DNA from: Gammaproteobacteria bacterium
GTDB lineage: Bacteria > Pseudomonadota > Gammaproteobacteria > Eutrophobiales > Eutrophobiaceae
DNA: 64,000 bases
Direction: 5' to 3'
NCBI GenBank assembly: GCA_021773235.1
Contig: JAJFKL010000048.1
Coordinates: 44,687 to 108,686, forward strand
In this document: one piece after another, positions 10,559 to 19,080 of the stretch
How positions within the stretch are numbered: the stretch's first letter is position 1
Layout: the number at the start of each line of letters is the position of its first letter
The notes under the pieces: model-generated
What the model saw: the letters and a program-made list of their open reading frames with translations, nothing else
Told to the model about the DNA's origin: nothing
Databases searched by the model: none
Translations under genes and position numbers: made by a program

Positions 10559-10936
10559 GTGCCTAACAAACTAGAAAATTTGGAAACCATGGGGAACATT
10601 AAATTCTCTAACGACAAATTAATCACCTGCATATTACCAAAGGGCTTGGCTTCGCCAATTTTGAAAAAATTAAAAACTGAAAAAGGAATTGTCAGGACTA
10701 ATCTTAAATCGGCACGTGGCATGGGGAAAATCACACCCCTAGCCTATCGTGGTGCTGGCGAACAAGCGGAAAAAGACATGCTAAATGTTGTTGTAAATCA
10801 AGATGAAGCAGATGATATATTTTACTATATCTATGAAGAAGCAGATATAAACAGACCGCACGGTGGCGTTATATATATGCGCCAACTTGGACCATCAACA
10901 CCCTTTACACTCCCAGACTTGCCAGATGAAGAATAG
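10559..10936 (+). CDS. Second PII-like protein
   Basis: 125 aa. GTG start abuts the previous stop (TAAGTG). Same PII-like pattern (ITCILPKG.A..IL..L....G...........ARG.G...EKDMLNVVV). Confidence 0.6.
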   Translation: MPNKLENLETMGNIKFSNDKLITCILPKGLASPILKKLKTEKGIVRTNLKSARGMGKITPLAYRGAGEQAEKDMLNVVVNQDEADDIFYYIYEEADINRPHGGVIYMRQLGPSTPFTLPDLPDEE

Positions 10937-10950
10937 GTTTGTTGATAAGA

Positions 10951-11868
10951 CTATATTCTATGACACCGAAAGATAACTCCAGCATGAGGATCATTTAAGG
11001 GCGTGCCACCAAAGTAGATAGTGCCATGGTCTCCCAGCATTTCTTCCTCTCTATGTAATCGGATATTTCTCCCATTTGCAAAATAGACAGCCGTTCCATT
11101 TGTGCTATTGTCTTGTAAATGAAAAACCCCATGTCGATAGGTAATCTCCGCATGTGATTTTGAAGTAAAATTTCCATCGACACTAAGATCATTATTGTCA
11201 CCACGGCCAATCGTGCAATGGGTATGCTCTGAATCTAGTCTAATTTGTTTGTCACCGTAATCCAGCAGAAGTATTTTATGAGTTGCATCATCTTCAGCAA
11301 TAGCTGAAGGCAAACTACCGATTCTTGTTACCTCTTCTTCTTCTTCCCATGGGATGCCATAAACTTTTAGTTCACCATCCCAAGCATCAGCTTCTACAGA
11401 ATCAATGAATCGCGCGTTATATTTAAGCTCTTCTGGTAAGGCATCAATACTTTGGCTGCTGGTAAGAATTTCATCCTTTTTCGCAAGGTTGATAATCTGC
11501 TGTGCAATAATGGGAGCTTCACCTATGATCTCCTTACCCCTATACCGCACTGCACCATAATGCCAACCTATTTTGACATGTACTTCGCCGATACTAAATT
11601 TTCCTTGTTCACTGGCCAACTGAAGTGCTTCATGCATCGCTCTTGCTGCCATAGCGGCTTTGACTGGGTTTGGGAATTTACACATAGCCTCATCGCCAAT
11701 TGTTTTGACTACGTCACCATCTAGACTAGACGCTACATCTGATAATATAGCGATACAAGTTTCTATGTTTTGACGTGCAACTACATCACCATGTGTCTCA
11801 TAAATATGCGTACTTCCTGAAACATCTGCATACAATATAGCTAGTTTCTGAATTGTGTCATCCGACAT
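10951..11868 (-). CDS. Class III adenylate/guanylate cyclase domain fused to a C-terminal FHA domain
   Basis: LAILYADVSGST and KTIGDEAM metal-Asp motifs. The C-terminus CTIGRG..NDL.V.....S..HA.I......F.L.D.STNGT is a typical FHA domain. Confidence 0.8.
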   Translation of the reverse strand: MSDDTIQKLAILYADVSGSTHIYETHGDVVARQNIETCIAILSDVASSLDGDVVKTIGDEAMCKFPNPVKAAMAARAMHEALQLASEQGKFSIGEVHVKIGWHYGAVRYRGKEIIGEAPIIAQQIINLAKKDEILTSSQSIDALPEELKYNARFIDSVEADAWDGELKVYGIPWEEEEEVTRIGSLPSAIAEDDATHKILLLDYGDKQIRLDSEHTHCTIGRGDNNDLSVDGNFTSKSHAEITYRHGVFHLQDNSTNGTAVYFANGRNIRLHREEEMLGDHGTIYFGGTPLNDPHAGVIFRCHRI

Positions 11869-11928
11869 AGCAACACCTTCGCATTAATGAACATAGGCAA
11901 AGGTTAGCAATAATAGGATTTTGATTTA

Positions 11929-11942
11929 TTGATTCATATCAA
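11929..11942. promoter_or_regulatory. Perfect FNR/ANR-type box TTGAT-TCAT-ATCAA
   Basis: Centre about 67 nt upstream of the cyclase-FHA start codon (11868, minus strand). Confidence 0.6.
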
Positions 11943-11974
11943 AATATGTCATGAAAAAAAGACACTGTTATTTT

Positions 11975-12799
11975 TTATAATTGCAATTCGCTTAATCTTT
12001 TTGCTTCTGATGTATCAGGGTATTGATTTCGTAATAATAATGCATAGCTAGACACATCATCTTTAAAGTTGAGTTCTTTACATATTTGAATGCCTATCCA
12101 TAAACTCTTTGCGGTGTGTCTTGCATTCTCCTGATAACGTTTAAAATATTGATGTGCTAATTCGTAATCATTTCTAGTATAAGAAATATCAGCCATTTTG
12201 ATTAAGGCATGTGAAAAACGCGGGTTTTTGTTTAGTGCTTGTTTAAAATAGTCCTCGCCAATTTGCGGTTTTTCATCAAATACGCATAGCCCGGCATTAG
12301 TTAATGCTATTTCAGGCGAGTCATACAAAGGATTTTTTGCAGCATTTATAAACTGTGCCTCAGCTTCATCTCGCCTCCCATTACTACATAACAACAAACC
12401 ATAATTATTATGTGCTGATGAATTGGTCGAATCCAATGATAGTGATTCTTTAAAATTGTTCTCTGACTCAACTGGGTCTCCCAGGCGTTGATAAAGCAGA
12501 CCCAGGACATTATATGTTGGTGCATAATCGGACTTGGCCAGAAGTGATCGTTTCAACCTTGTCAGTGCATTTTCATAAGCACCTTGTTGCATGTATTCAA
12601 TACCAAGATTCATATTAGCAATCGCCACTTCGAGCGCTTGATCGGAACGATTTTTCTTTGGATTGTTTAAGTCTCTTTCAGCAGCATTGTAGGCCGCATT
12701 ATTAACTGTTTGCCCAACGGCTCCAACCAGAGCCATAGGGCCACAACCTGAAAGGAGTAACCCTGCTAGAATTAGTGTGAGAATACTCAAATACTTCAT
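11975..12799 (-). CDS. TPR lipoprotein, PilW/PilF-like type IV pilus biogenesis/stability protein
   Basis: Lipobox LSGC-G, then about 6 TPR repeats in 274 aa. Family call is by architecture only. Confidence 0.5.
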   Translation of the reverse strand: MKYLSILTLILAGLLLSGCGPMALVGAVGQTVNNAAYNAAERDLNNPKKNRSDQALEVAIANMNLGIEYMQQGAYENALTRLKRSLLAKSDYAPTYNVLGLLYQRLGDPVESENNFKESLSLDSTNSSAHNNYGLLLCSNGRRDEAEAQFINAAKNPLYDSPEIALTNAGLCVFDEKPQIGEDYFKQALNKNPRFSHALIKMADISYTRNDYELAHQYFKRYQENARHTAKSLWIGIQICKELNFKDDVSSYALLLRNQYPDTSEAKRLSELQL

Positions 12800-12888
12800 G
12801 TTTTATATTATAAAAGTAATTAGTATAAAATTAACAAACATAGCCTAAGTGTATCCTTAAATAATAGAAACATCACCGACTATGCAAT

Positions 12889-13395
12889 ATGACTAAATTT
12901 GTATTAAAAACATTCTTTATTTCTGCCGTATTGATTGGAGTTGGTTTTTACGTTAACTATCTCCTGACCGGCAATACACCAAACTTGGCCATACAAAAGC
13001 CCAGCATGCCTGATTTAAATCTTTCTAAAATATCTGAATCAGCAACAGATCTGTTAAATTTAAATGGAAAAGGCTCATCAGATACAAAATACTTATATAA
13101 ATGGCGTGATGCGAAAGGAATCATTCACTATACAAGTGAAAAACCTGCTGCGGATATTACCGTCGAAACCATTAAATTAAGTAGCGAAACAAATATCGTT
13201 CCCGCTGTTTCTTCAGAAGATACAAATCAAAATGCGCCGCAGATACAATTACCACAAGGTGTAAATGACGATAAATCGAATGCAAACCTCTACTCACCAC
13301 AGGGTATTGAGCAACTTTTTGATCAGGCAAATGACGTTAAAAACCTGATAAATGAGCACTACGACGATAAAAGCACAGCATCAGAACAACAATAA
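12889..13395 (+). CDS. DUF4124-domain protein
   Basis: N-terminal TM/signal segment. YKWRDAKGIIHYTSEKP matches the DUF4124 signature (Y.W.D..G..H.S..P). Confidence 0.55.
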   Translation: MTKFVLKTFFISAVLIGVGFYVNYLLTGNTPNLAIQKPSMPDLNLSKISESATDLLNLNGKGSSDTKYLYKWRDAKGIIHYTSEKPAADITVETIKLSSETNIVPAVSSEDTNQNAPQIQLPQGVNDDKSNANLYSPQGIEQLFDQANDVKNLINEHYDDKSTASEQQ

Positions 13396-13541
13396 ACTAT
13401 CTTTAATCAGGCGTTTTTATCATTTAAAACAGCTGAAACCTTAAAATTGACCTTAATTTATGGGCTTATGTCTAATAATCTCTAAACATCAGTCTTTATA
13501 GGCCGATAAAGATTGATATCCTAATATATATAGTGTGATTC

Positions 13542-13883
13542 ATGGAACAAGTCGCAGAACGCCGAAACAGACCTCGCCTATCGATAGTCGAAGAGGTATT
13601 TGAGCAAGACTCAGGTCGTTCACTTGGGCATACCGGTGATTTGAATGCATATGGGATGATGCTAATAGGAAAGACTGATTTTCCCATTGGAGAAAAAACA
13701 CGCGTCAGTCTCGATATACCTAATGGACTAGACAACAAGATAAGAATCTCATTAACTGCTCAATGTCGGTGGAGCGAACCACATTTAGACACCCCATTTT
13801 ATAACTCTGGCTTTCGTTTTATTTACAATACAGAGTTCGATATAGAATACATCGAGACATTATTTTTCGCCCTGTCTAATTAA
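13542..13883 (+). CDS. PilZ-domain protein (putative c-di-GMP receptor)
   Basis: 113 aa. RRNRPR (RxxxR) followed about 25 aa later by DLNAYGM (D/N-x-S-x-x-G-like). Confidence 0.5.
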   Translation: MEQVAERRNRPRLSIVEEVFEQDSGRSLGHTGDLNAYGMMLIGKTDFPIGEKTRVSLDIPNGLDNKIRISLTAQCRWSEPHLDTPFYNSGFRFIYNTEFDIEYIETLFFALSN

Positions 13884-13974
13884 CAACCCCCGCTTTCAAT
13901 AAGAAAATAAATTTGATGCGATGCATTAAATTTATAACTTATATTAATTTTTAAGATTCATATTTTTCCAAGCT

Positions 13975-13988
13975 TTGATCCAGATCAA
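13975..13988. promoter_or_regulatory. Perfect FNR/ANR-type box TTGAT-CCAG-ATCAA upstream of hemN
   Basis: Centre about 67 nt upstream of the hemN TTG start. hemN is a classical FNR/Anr target. Confidence 0.7.
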
Positions 13989-14048
13989 GGTATTTACAAT
14001 ATATTCGATTTATCTTACCTCCACTCAGAAATTTACTTGGCTTAAGCA

Positions 14049-15440
14049 TTGAAACAATCTATTACCTTCAATAAAGAATTAATTAATCGATACAACCAGT
14101 TAGGACCAAGATACACATCCTACCCCGCTGCAACTCAATTCAGCGAAGAGTTTGGAATCAAGGATTATTGTCAGGTTATTAAAGATTCTAACGAAGATTT
14201 ATTACCCAAGCCTTTATCCATCTATATACACTTACCCTTTTGTAATACGGTCTGTTTCTATTGTGCTTGTAATAAAATAATTACTGCTAATCGCAACCGC
14301 AGCATTCCCTACCTGGAAGACTTGCATAAAGAGATTAATATACAAGGCCCATTGTTCGACAATGACCGTATCGTAAATCAGCTACATTGGGGTGGCGGGA
14401 CACCCACTTTCATATCACATGACCAAATGACCGGTTTGATGAGCGTGATAAAGAAGAATTTCACTTTGCTTGATGATGATACTGGTGAATACTCCATTGA
14501 AATCGACCCTCGAGAAGTTAAAACAGAAACAATCCACCTATTAAGAAACCTTGGTTTTAATCGAATGAGTATTGGCGTGCAGGATTTTGATCCTCAGGTA
14601 CAAAACGCAGTCAATCGAAACCAGACCTATGAACAAACAAACAATGTTTTTAATGAAGCTCGAAAGCATGGGTTTCATTCAATCAATATAGACTTGATAT
14701 ATGGACTTCCAAAACAAACTCCACGCACATTCTGCAACACAATCAGCAAAATCATTGAGATGAGTCCTGATCGAATTGCGGTATATAATTATGCTCACCT
14801 TCCTCATTTATTCAAAACACAGCGCCAGATAAAAGATGAAGATTTACCAAGCCCCAGTGAGAAACTTGAAATCCTTGGTGAATCAATCCAATCACTTCAA
14901 GATGCTGGTTATGTTTATATCGGCATGGATCATTTTGCTAAACCTGATGATGAATTAGCTGTCGCACAACGAAAAGGCAATTTATATCGTAACTTTCAAG
15001 GGTATTCTACAAATGCCAGCTGTGATGTCATTGGTTTTGGCATTACTGCTATTAGCAAAATAAGTAATTCATACTCGCAAAATATTCGTACGCTAGAGGA
15101 ATATCACAGCGCCTTAGAAAAAAACAAAACACCTCTACTTCGCGGATATAAATTAAGTAATGATGACGAGCTTAGAAGAGAAGTGATATCAAAGTTAATT
15201 TGTCACTTCCAAATCGAGTTTCGTGTGATTGAAGACCTGTTCAAAATAGATTTTTCTAATTATTTCTCAAAGGAAATAGAACTATTAGCAGATATGCAAA
15301 AAGATGAATTATTAATAATTAATAAAAACGCAATTGAAATATTACCTGCAGGCAGATTCCTGATAAGAAATATCTGTTCTGTTTTCGATATCTATCTAGA
15401 CAGAGAAAAAAGCAATAACAACTTCTCTAAAATGATCTAA
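14049..15440 (+). CDS. hemN: Oxygen-independent coproporphyrinogen III oxidase (radical SAM)
   Basis: TTG start gives an N-terminus collinear with E. coli HemN (..YN..GPRYTSYP). Radical-SAM motif CNTVCFYCAC. 463 aa. Confidence 0.9.
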   Translation: MKQSITFNKELINRYNQLGPRYTSYPAATQFSEEFGIKDYCQVIKDSNEDLLPKPLSIYIHLPFCNTVCFYCACNKIITANRNRSIPYLEDLHKEINIQGPLFDNDRIVNQLHWGGGTPTFISHDQMTGLMSVIKKNFTLLDDDTGEYSIEIDPREVKTETIHLLRNLGFNRMSIGVQDFDPQVQNAVNRNQTYEQTNNVFNEARKHGFHSINIDLIYGLPKQTPRTFCNTISKIIEMSPDRIAVYNYAHLPHLFKTQRQIKDEDLPSPSEKLEILGESIQSLQDAGYVYIGMDHFAKPDDELAVAQRKGNLYRNFQGYSTNASCDVIGFGITAISKISNSYSQNIRTLEEYHSALEKNKTPLLRGYKLSNDDELRREVISKLICHFQIEFRVIEDLFKIDFSNYFSKEIELLADMQKDELLIINKNAIEILPAGRFLIRNICSVFDIYLDREKSNNNFSKMI

Positions 15441-15464
15441 ACCATTAACTAAAACATTAAAAAA

Positions 15465-16223
15465 ATGCTTACCATTCCAAATATCAACAAAGAACAAATC
15501 GAACAATTCAAAAAAGATGGCTTTCTAATTATTAAAAACGGTTTTGACACAAAAGAAACCGTCATGATTGAATCTTGGGCAACAGAACTTGCCGACATGC
15601 CGGAAAAAACTGGTGCTCATTGGGTATACCATGAAAAAAGCAAGATAGACCCCGAGCTAGAGCTGATCAATCGCATAGAAAATATTTCTCCATTTCATGA
15701 AGGTTTTGCTGAATTAAGTGATGCGCTTAAACATCCTATGGCACAATTATTTGATGAAGAGGCTGCTCTTTTTAAAGAAAAAATAAATTTCAAAATGCCT
15801 GGCGGGGATGGATTCAAGCCACACCAAGACTCGCAGGCTGGCTGGCAAGATTACGCAGACTATTTCATTAGTGTATTAGTCTGTATTGATGATGCAAACA
15901 TAGAAAATGGTTGCTTGCAGATGGTATCTGGGTTTCAGAACAAGGGCCTGTTTCGAGAATGGGAACCTCTTACAGAACAAGATATGGCGGACATGGATTT
16001 TGTACATTACCCAACCAAACCTGGGGATATTGTATTCTTTGATTGTTATACACCTCATGCATCTGAACCAAATTTGACGGACACAACACGACGGCTTTAT
16101 TTCGCAACATATAATAAGTTATCTGAAGGTGAGCATTTGAAGAAATATTATGACGATAAATATAAAAACTTTCCTCCTGACATCGATCGAGAAGTTGGCA
16201 AGGAATATGTCTTTCGAGTTTAA
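15465..16223 (+). CDS. Phytanoyl-CoA dioxygenase (PhyH) family Fe(II)/2-oxoglutarate oxygenase
   Basis: 252 aa. HQD (HxD) facial-triad motif in FKPHQDSQAGW and distal His in YTPHAS. Paralogue of 18185..18952. Confidence 0.7.
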   Translation: MLTIPNINKEQIEQFKKDGFLIIKNGFDTKETVMIESWATELADMPEKTGAHWVYHEKSKIDPELELINRIENISPFHEGFAELSDALKHPMAQLFDEEAALFKEKINFKMPGGDGFKPHQDSQAGWQDYADYFISVLVCIDDANIENGCLQMVSGFQNKGLFREWEPLTEQDMADMDFVHYPTKPGDIVFFDCYTPHASEPNLTDTTRRLYFATYNKLSEGEHLKKYYDDKYKNFPPDIDREVGKEYVFRV

Positions 16224-16461
16224 TTACACGTCATAAAAGATTCAGCTTAAATCACAAGGCAAAGACCTTGCTATATAACTATTTCTAAGGAACAGATAAA
16301 ATACTTAGAAATTCAGGTCAGGAGATCAGCTGATAAAACTTATAATCAATAGTGATAAGCATTTTTTATCGTGTTTATTTCCAGATAAACCCAGAGATTT
16401 ACCTTTTCGTTTAAGCATACGTATCTTAAGCCGTGCACTACACATTCTCGCTGCCGGCGTA

Positions 16462-16776
16462 TTGCTTGGCGGACATATATTCAATCAAACAGAAGCCGTC
16501 CTGGAACCTTGGTTATGGACTACTGTGGTCACCGGGTTAATCATATTGCTCACCGATCTCCATTCAAGTTTAGCCATATTGTTTGAAGTACGAGGCATAG
16601 CCATAATATTTAAAATAGCCTTATTACTTTTAATACCCCTATTTTGGGAAGAACGCATCACTCTTTTAGTTTGCGTATTGCTTATTGGAGCCATCAGCAG
16701 CCATTTACCAAAACGATACCGCCATAAAACATTCGTCATTATTGAGCATAAACATTCGGAATGCCGCAATAGTTAA
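16462..16776 (+). CDS. Small integral membrane protein (start probably further upstream, see findings)
   Basis: Hydrophobic ORF. The frame stays open back to 16309 with no ATG/GTG/TTG. AGGAG at 16320-16324 lies 5 nt before an in-frame CTG at 16330. Confidence 0.45.
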   Translation: MLGGHIFNQTEAVLEPWLWTTVVTGLIILLTDLHSSLAILFEVRGIAIIFKIALLLLIPLFWEERITLLVCVLLIGAISSHLPKRYRHKTFVIIEHKHSECRNS

Positions 16777-16850
16777 CACCCTCTTTCCTTTGCAATCTAA
16801 TTAACTAGAATCCTTATGCATTCAATAAACAATAAGAGAATTAAGAATCT

Positions 16851-17357
16851 ATGCTTGTAGATATAATACATAAACAGCATTTAGACTTACGAGAACTATT
16901 TGCACAACATCAAGAGGCACTTTTACAAGGTCACTTTGAAGATGCAATGACACAATTATCTAACTTCAATCAATGTCATCAGTCTCATGCAAAACTAGAA
17001 GAACGTTATCTCTTCCCATTATTTTCAGAGATAAAACATCAAAGCAAATGGAATGTAAGCCTTTATATTAAAGAGCATGAAAAAATAGAACGCCTGTTTG
17101 AAAATATTAGCAAAGATGTAAGCTGGCTGAGCGAACAAAGCCTGTCTGAATCTCAATTACGCAGAAATATTATCGCTCTGTTAGATAAAGAAAAAACATT
17201 CAAAGGTCTGACAGAACATCACGAAGAACGTGAAGAAGAAGCAATGCTAAAAGAACTAGATGAGCAATTGGAACCATCGCTAATAAAAGAACTTGTTTCA
17301 GATTTAAAATTTACCTGGATAGAAGTAATCGCTTTAATAAAATCAGCTAACTACTAA
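16851..17357 (+). CDS. Hemerythrin-like (HHE cation-binding) domain protein
   Basis: 168 aa with repeated H-x3-E / H..H motifs (HQSHAKLEE, KEHEKIE, EHHEEREEE). Confidence 0.5.
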   Translation: MLVDIIHKQHLDLRELFAQHQEALLQGHFEDAMTQLSNFNQCHQSHAKLEERYLFPLFSEIKHQSKWNVSLYIKEHEKIERLFENISKDVSWLSEQSLSESQLRRNIIALLDKEKTFKGLTEHHEEREEEAMLKELDEQLEPSLIKELVSDLKFTWIEVIALIKSANY

Positions 17358-17435
17358 ACGGTAATTTATTGCTGAAAATTGATTATCAGATATCAGGTAA
17401 TGCATGGAGCCCCATGATTTAAACAAGAACAGACA

Positions 17436-17999
17436 TTATGGTTCTATTGTTAGCACCTTATTGTTTATGTGGTTTTCCAAATCTGAATATTTTTCTTCAT
17501 ATACATTCCAGTTCAGAATTTTATTTAAATTTTTCTCAATTTTCTTATATTCACTCTCAACTGCAATTTTTTCCTGTTCAGACAATCCATTTTCCGCCAT
17601 CCGATAAAGGACATTGTCTTCTTTGAAAATATGCTGTCTGAGGAGTTGACAGTAGCTATATGCATTTTCATACAAGCTCTCTATATTTATGTTTACCACT
17701 GCATCAGCCATATTCTGAACATACATTCTTCCTTGTTCGTGCTCAGACAACATGACGGGCAATGGATTGCAATGTGATAGAACACCGGGTGCCTGCAAAT
17801 ATTGAAATAAAACATCTTCCTCTTTTGCATGATGATAGGTATCTACAAATTGCTGGATGAAACTGATAAAGTCTTGCGCTTTTTCCAGAAAAATATTTTC
17901 ACATCTGCTTGTCTTACTAAATTCAACATATCTTTCCAGTAAATCGAGATATTTTAAAATCATTTGATGTTCTTTCATGAGCTCACCTGTTACTTGCAT
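17436..17999 (-). CDS. Hemerythrin domain protein
   Basis: 187 aa. MKEHQ.I, YHHAKEEDVLF, LSEHEQG and RQHIFKEDNVL are the four His/Glu-bearing helices typical of hemerythrin-like domains. Confidence 0.65.
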   Translation of the reverse strand: MQVTGELMKEHQMILKYLDLLERYVEFSKTSRCENIFLEKAQDFISFIQQFVDTYHHAKEEDVLFQYLQAPGVLSHCNPLPVMLSEHEQGRMYVQNMADAVVNINIESLYENAYSYCQLLRQHIFKEDNVLYRMAENGLSEQEKIAVESEYKKIEKNLNKILNWNVYEEKYSDLENHINNKVLTIEP

Positions 18000-18086
18000 T
18001 TTATTAAATCCTGTTTAGTTTCATGAGAAGTTTTTTCATCCTAGACATTCATAATAATCCATATTTCACGATTAAAATTAAAATAT

Positions 18087-18100
18087 TTGATTTATATCAA
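18087..18100. promoter_or_regulatory. Perfect FNR/ANR-type box TTGAT-TTAT-ATCAA
   Basis: Lies between the divergent hemerythrin gene (start 17999) and PhyH gene (start 18185), about 90 nt from each start. Confidence 0.6.
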
Positions 18101-18184
18101 TAATATCTTTCCTGATTGAATGTATCTTTGCCCGTTTTATTAATTAAACATTTAACAAGTGAGATTACATAAGGAACATTTAAA

Positions 18185-18952
18185 ATGATTCTAAGTGATG
18201 AGCAAAAGAAAGAATTTAATGACAAGGGATTTATTATAATAAAATCCTTTTACAATGATGAAGAAATAAAAACAGTTTCTACATGGTTGGATGAATTACG
18301 CGATAAGACTCCTGTTGATGGTGAGGAAGCAAAGTATTACGAAAAAAGCTGTCTGAATGAAGAAAACATTCTTGTTCGGATCGAGCATATTCTGGGAAAA
18401 CATAATCCCGAGATGACCAATCTGTTGATTGGACAAAAAGCCAACGCATACCTTACCGATCTATTTGATGAACCAGCCGTCCTATTTAAGGAGAAAGCAA
18501 ATTTCAAGCTTCCCGGATGTCGAGCAGATAAACTCCATCAGGATCAGGCCGCCGGTTGGAACGCCTACGGTAGTTTTTACATTACCATGGGTGTTATTGT
18601 CGACGAGAACAGGAAAGATAATGCTGCCGTGAGTTTCATGAATTCCGGAAACTACAAAAAAGAACTGATGGGTGAAGAATGGAAACCGTTGACAGAAGAC
18701 GATCCTCCTTACCAGCCCGAAGATGAATATATGTTACTAGAAGCCGATCCCGGCGACGTTATATTTTTCGACTCCTATGTTCCCCATGGTTCACCAGCGA
18801 ACACCGGTAACAAAGGCAGGAGAAATCTTTTTCTTACCTTCAACAAACAGTCTGAAGGAGATAAGAGAGAAACGTATTATGCCGATAAGTGGGCAATCTA
18901 TCCGCCAAATCAGGCAGATCATGCACGTACAGCAAAATCATTCCGCGTTTAA
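18185..18952 (+). CDS. Phytanoyl-CoA dioxygenase (PhyH) family Fe(II)/2-oxoglutarate oxygenase, paralogue 2
   Basis: 255 aa. LHQDQAAGW and YVPHGS motifs. Alignable along its whole length with 15465..16223; both end in FRV. Confidence 0.7.
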   Translation: MILSDEQKKEFNDKGFIIIKSFYNDEEIKTVSTWLDELRDKTPVDGEEAKYYEKSCLNEENILVRIEHILGKHNPEMTNLLIGQKANAYLTDLFDEPAVLFKEKANFKLPGCRADKLHQDQAAGWNAYGSFYITMGVIVDENRKDNAAVSFMNSGNYKKELMGEEWKPLTEDDPPYQPEDEYMLLEADPGDVIFFDSYVPHGSPANTGNKGRRNLFLTFNKQSEGDKRETYYADKWAIYPPNQADHARTAKSFRV

Positions 18953-19080
18953 TAATATGCTTTGTTGCCTCTCTGAGCCTTTCATGAGAGGCGCATAGCT
19001 TAATTTTATGCCGACAGTATCATAAGCCCTAGTAGAGAAGTACAAACAAAATCTGTATTACAAACACATCCAGGCAAACG

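Noticed and set aside
10290-10574. 94-aa alternative-frame ORF overlapping the first PII-like gene
   Set aside because: Leu/Lys-rich low-complexity product in the +1 frame of a gene with a clear PII-like pattern. No independent signals.
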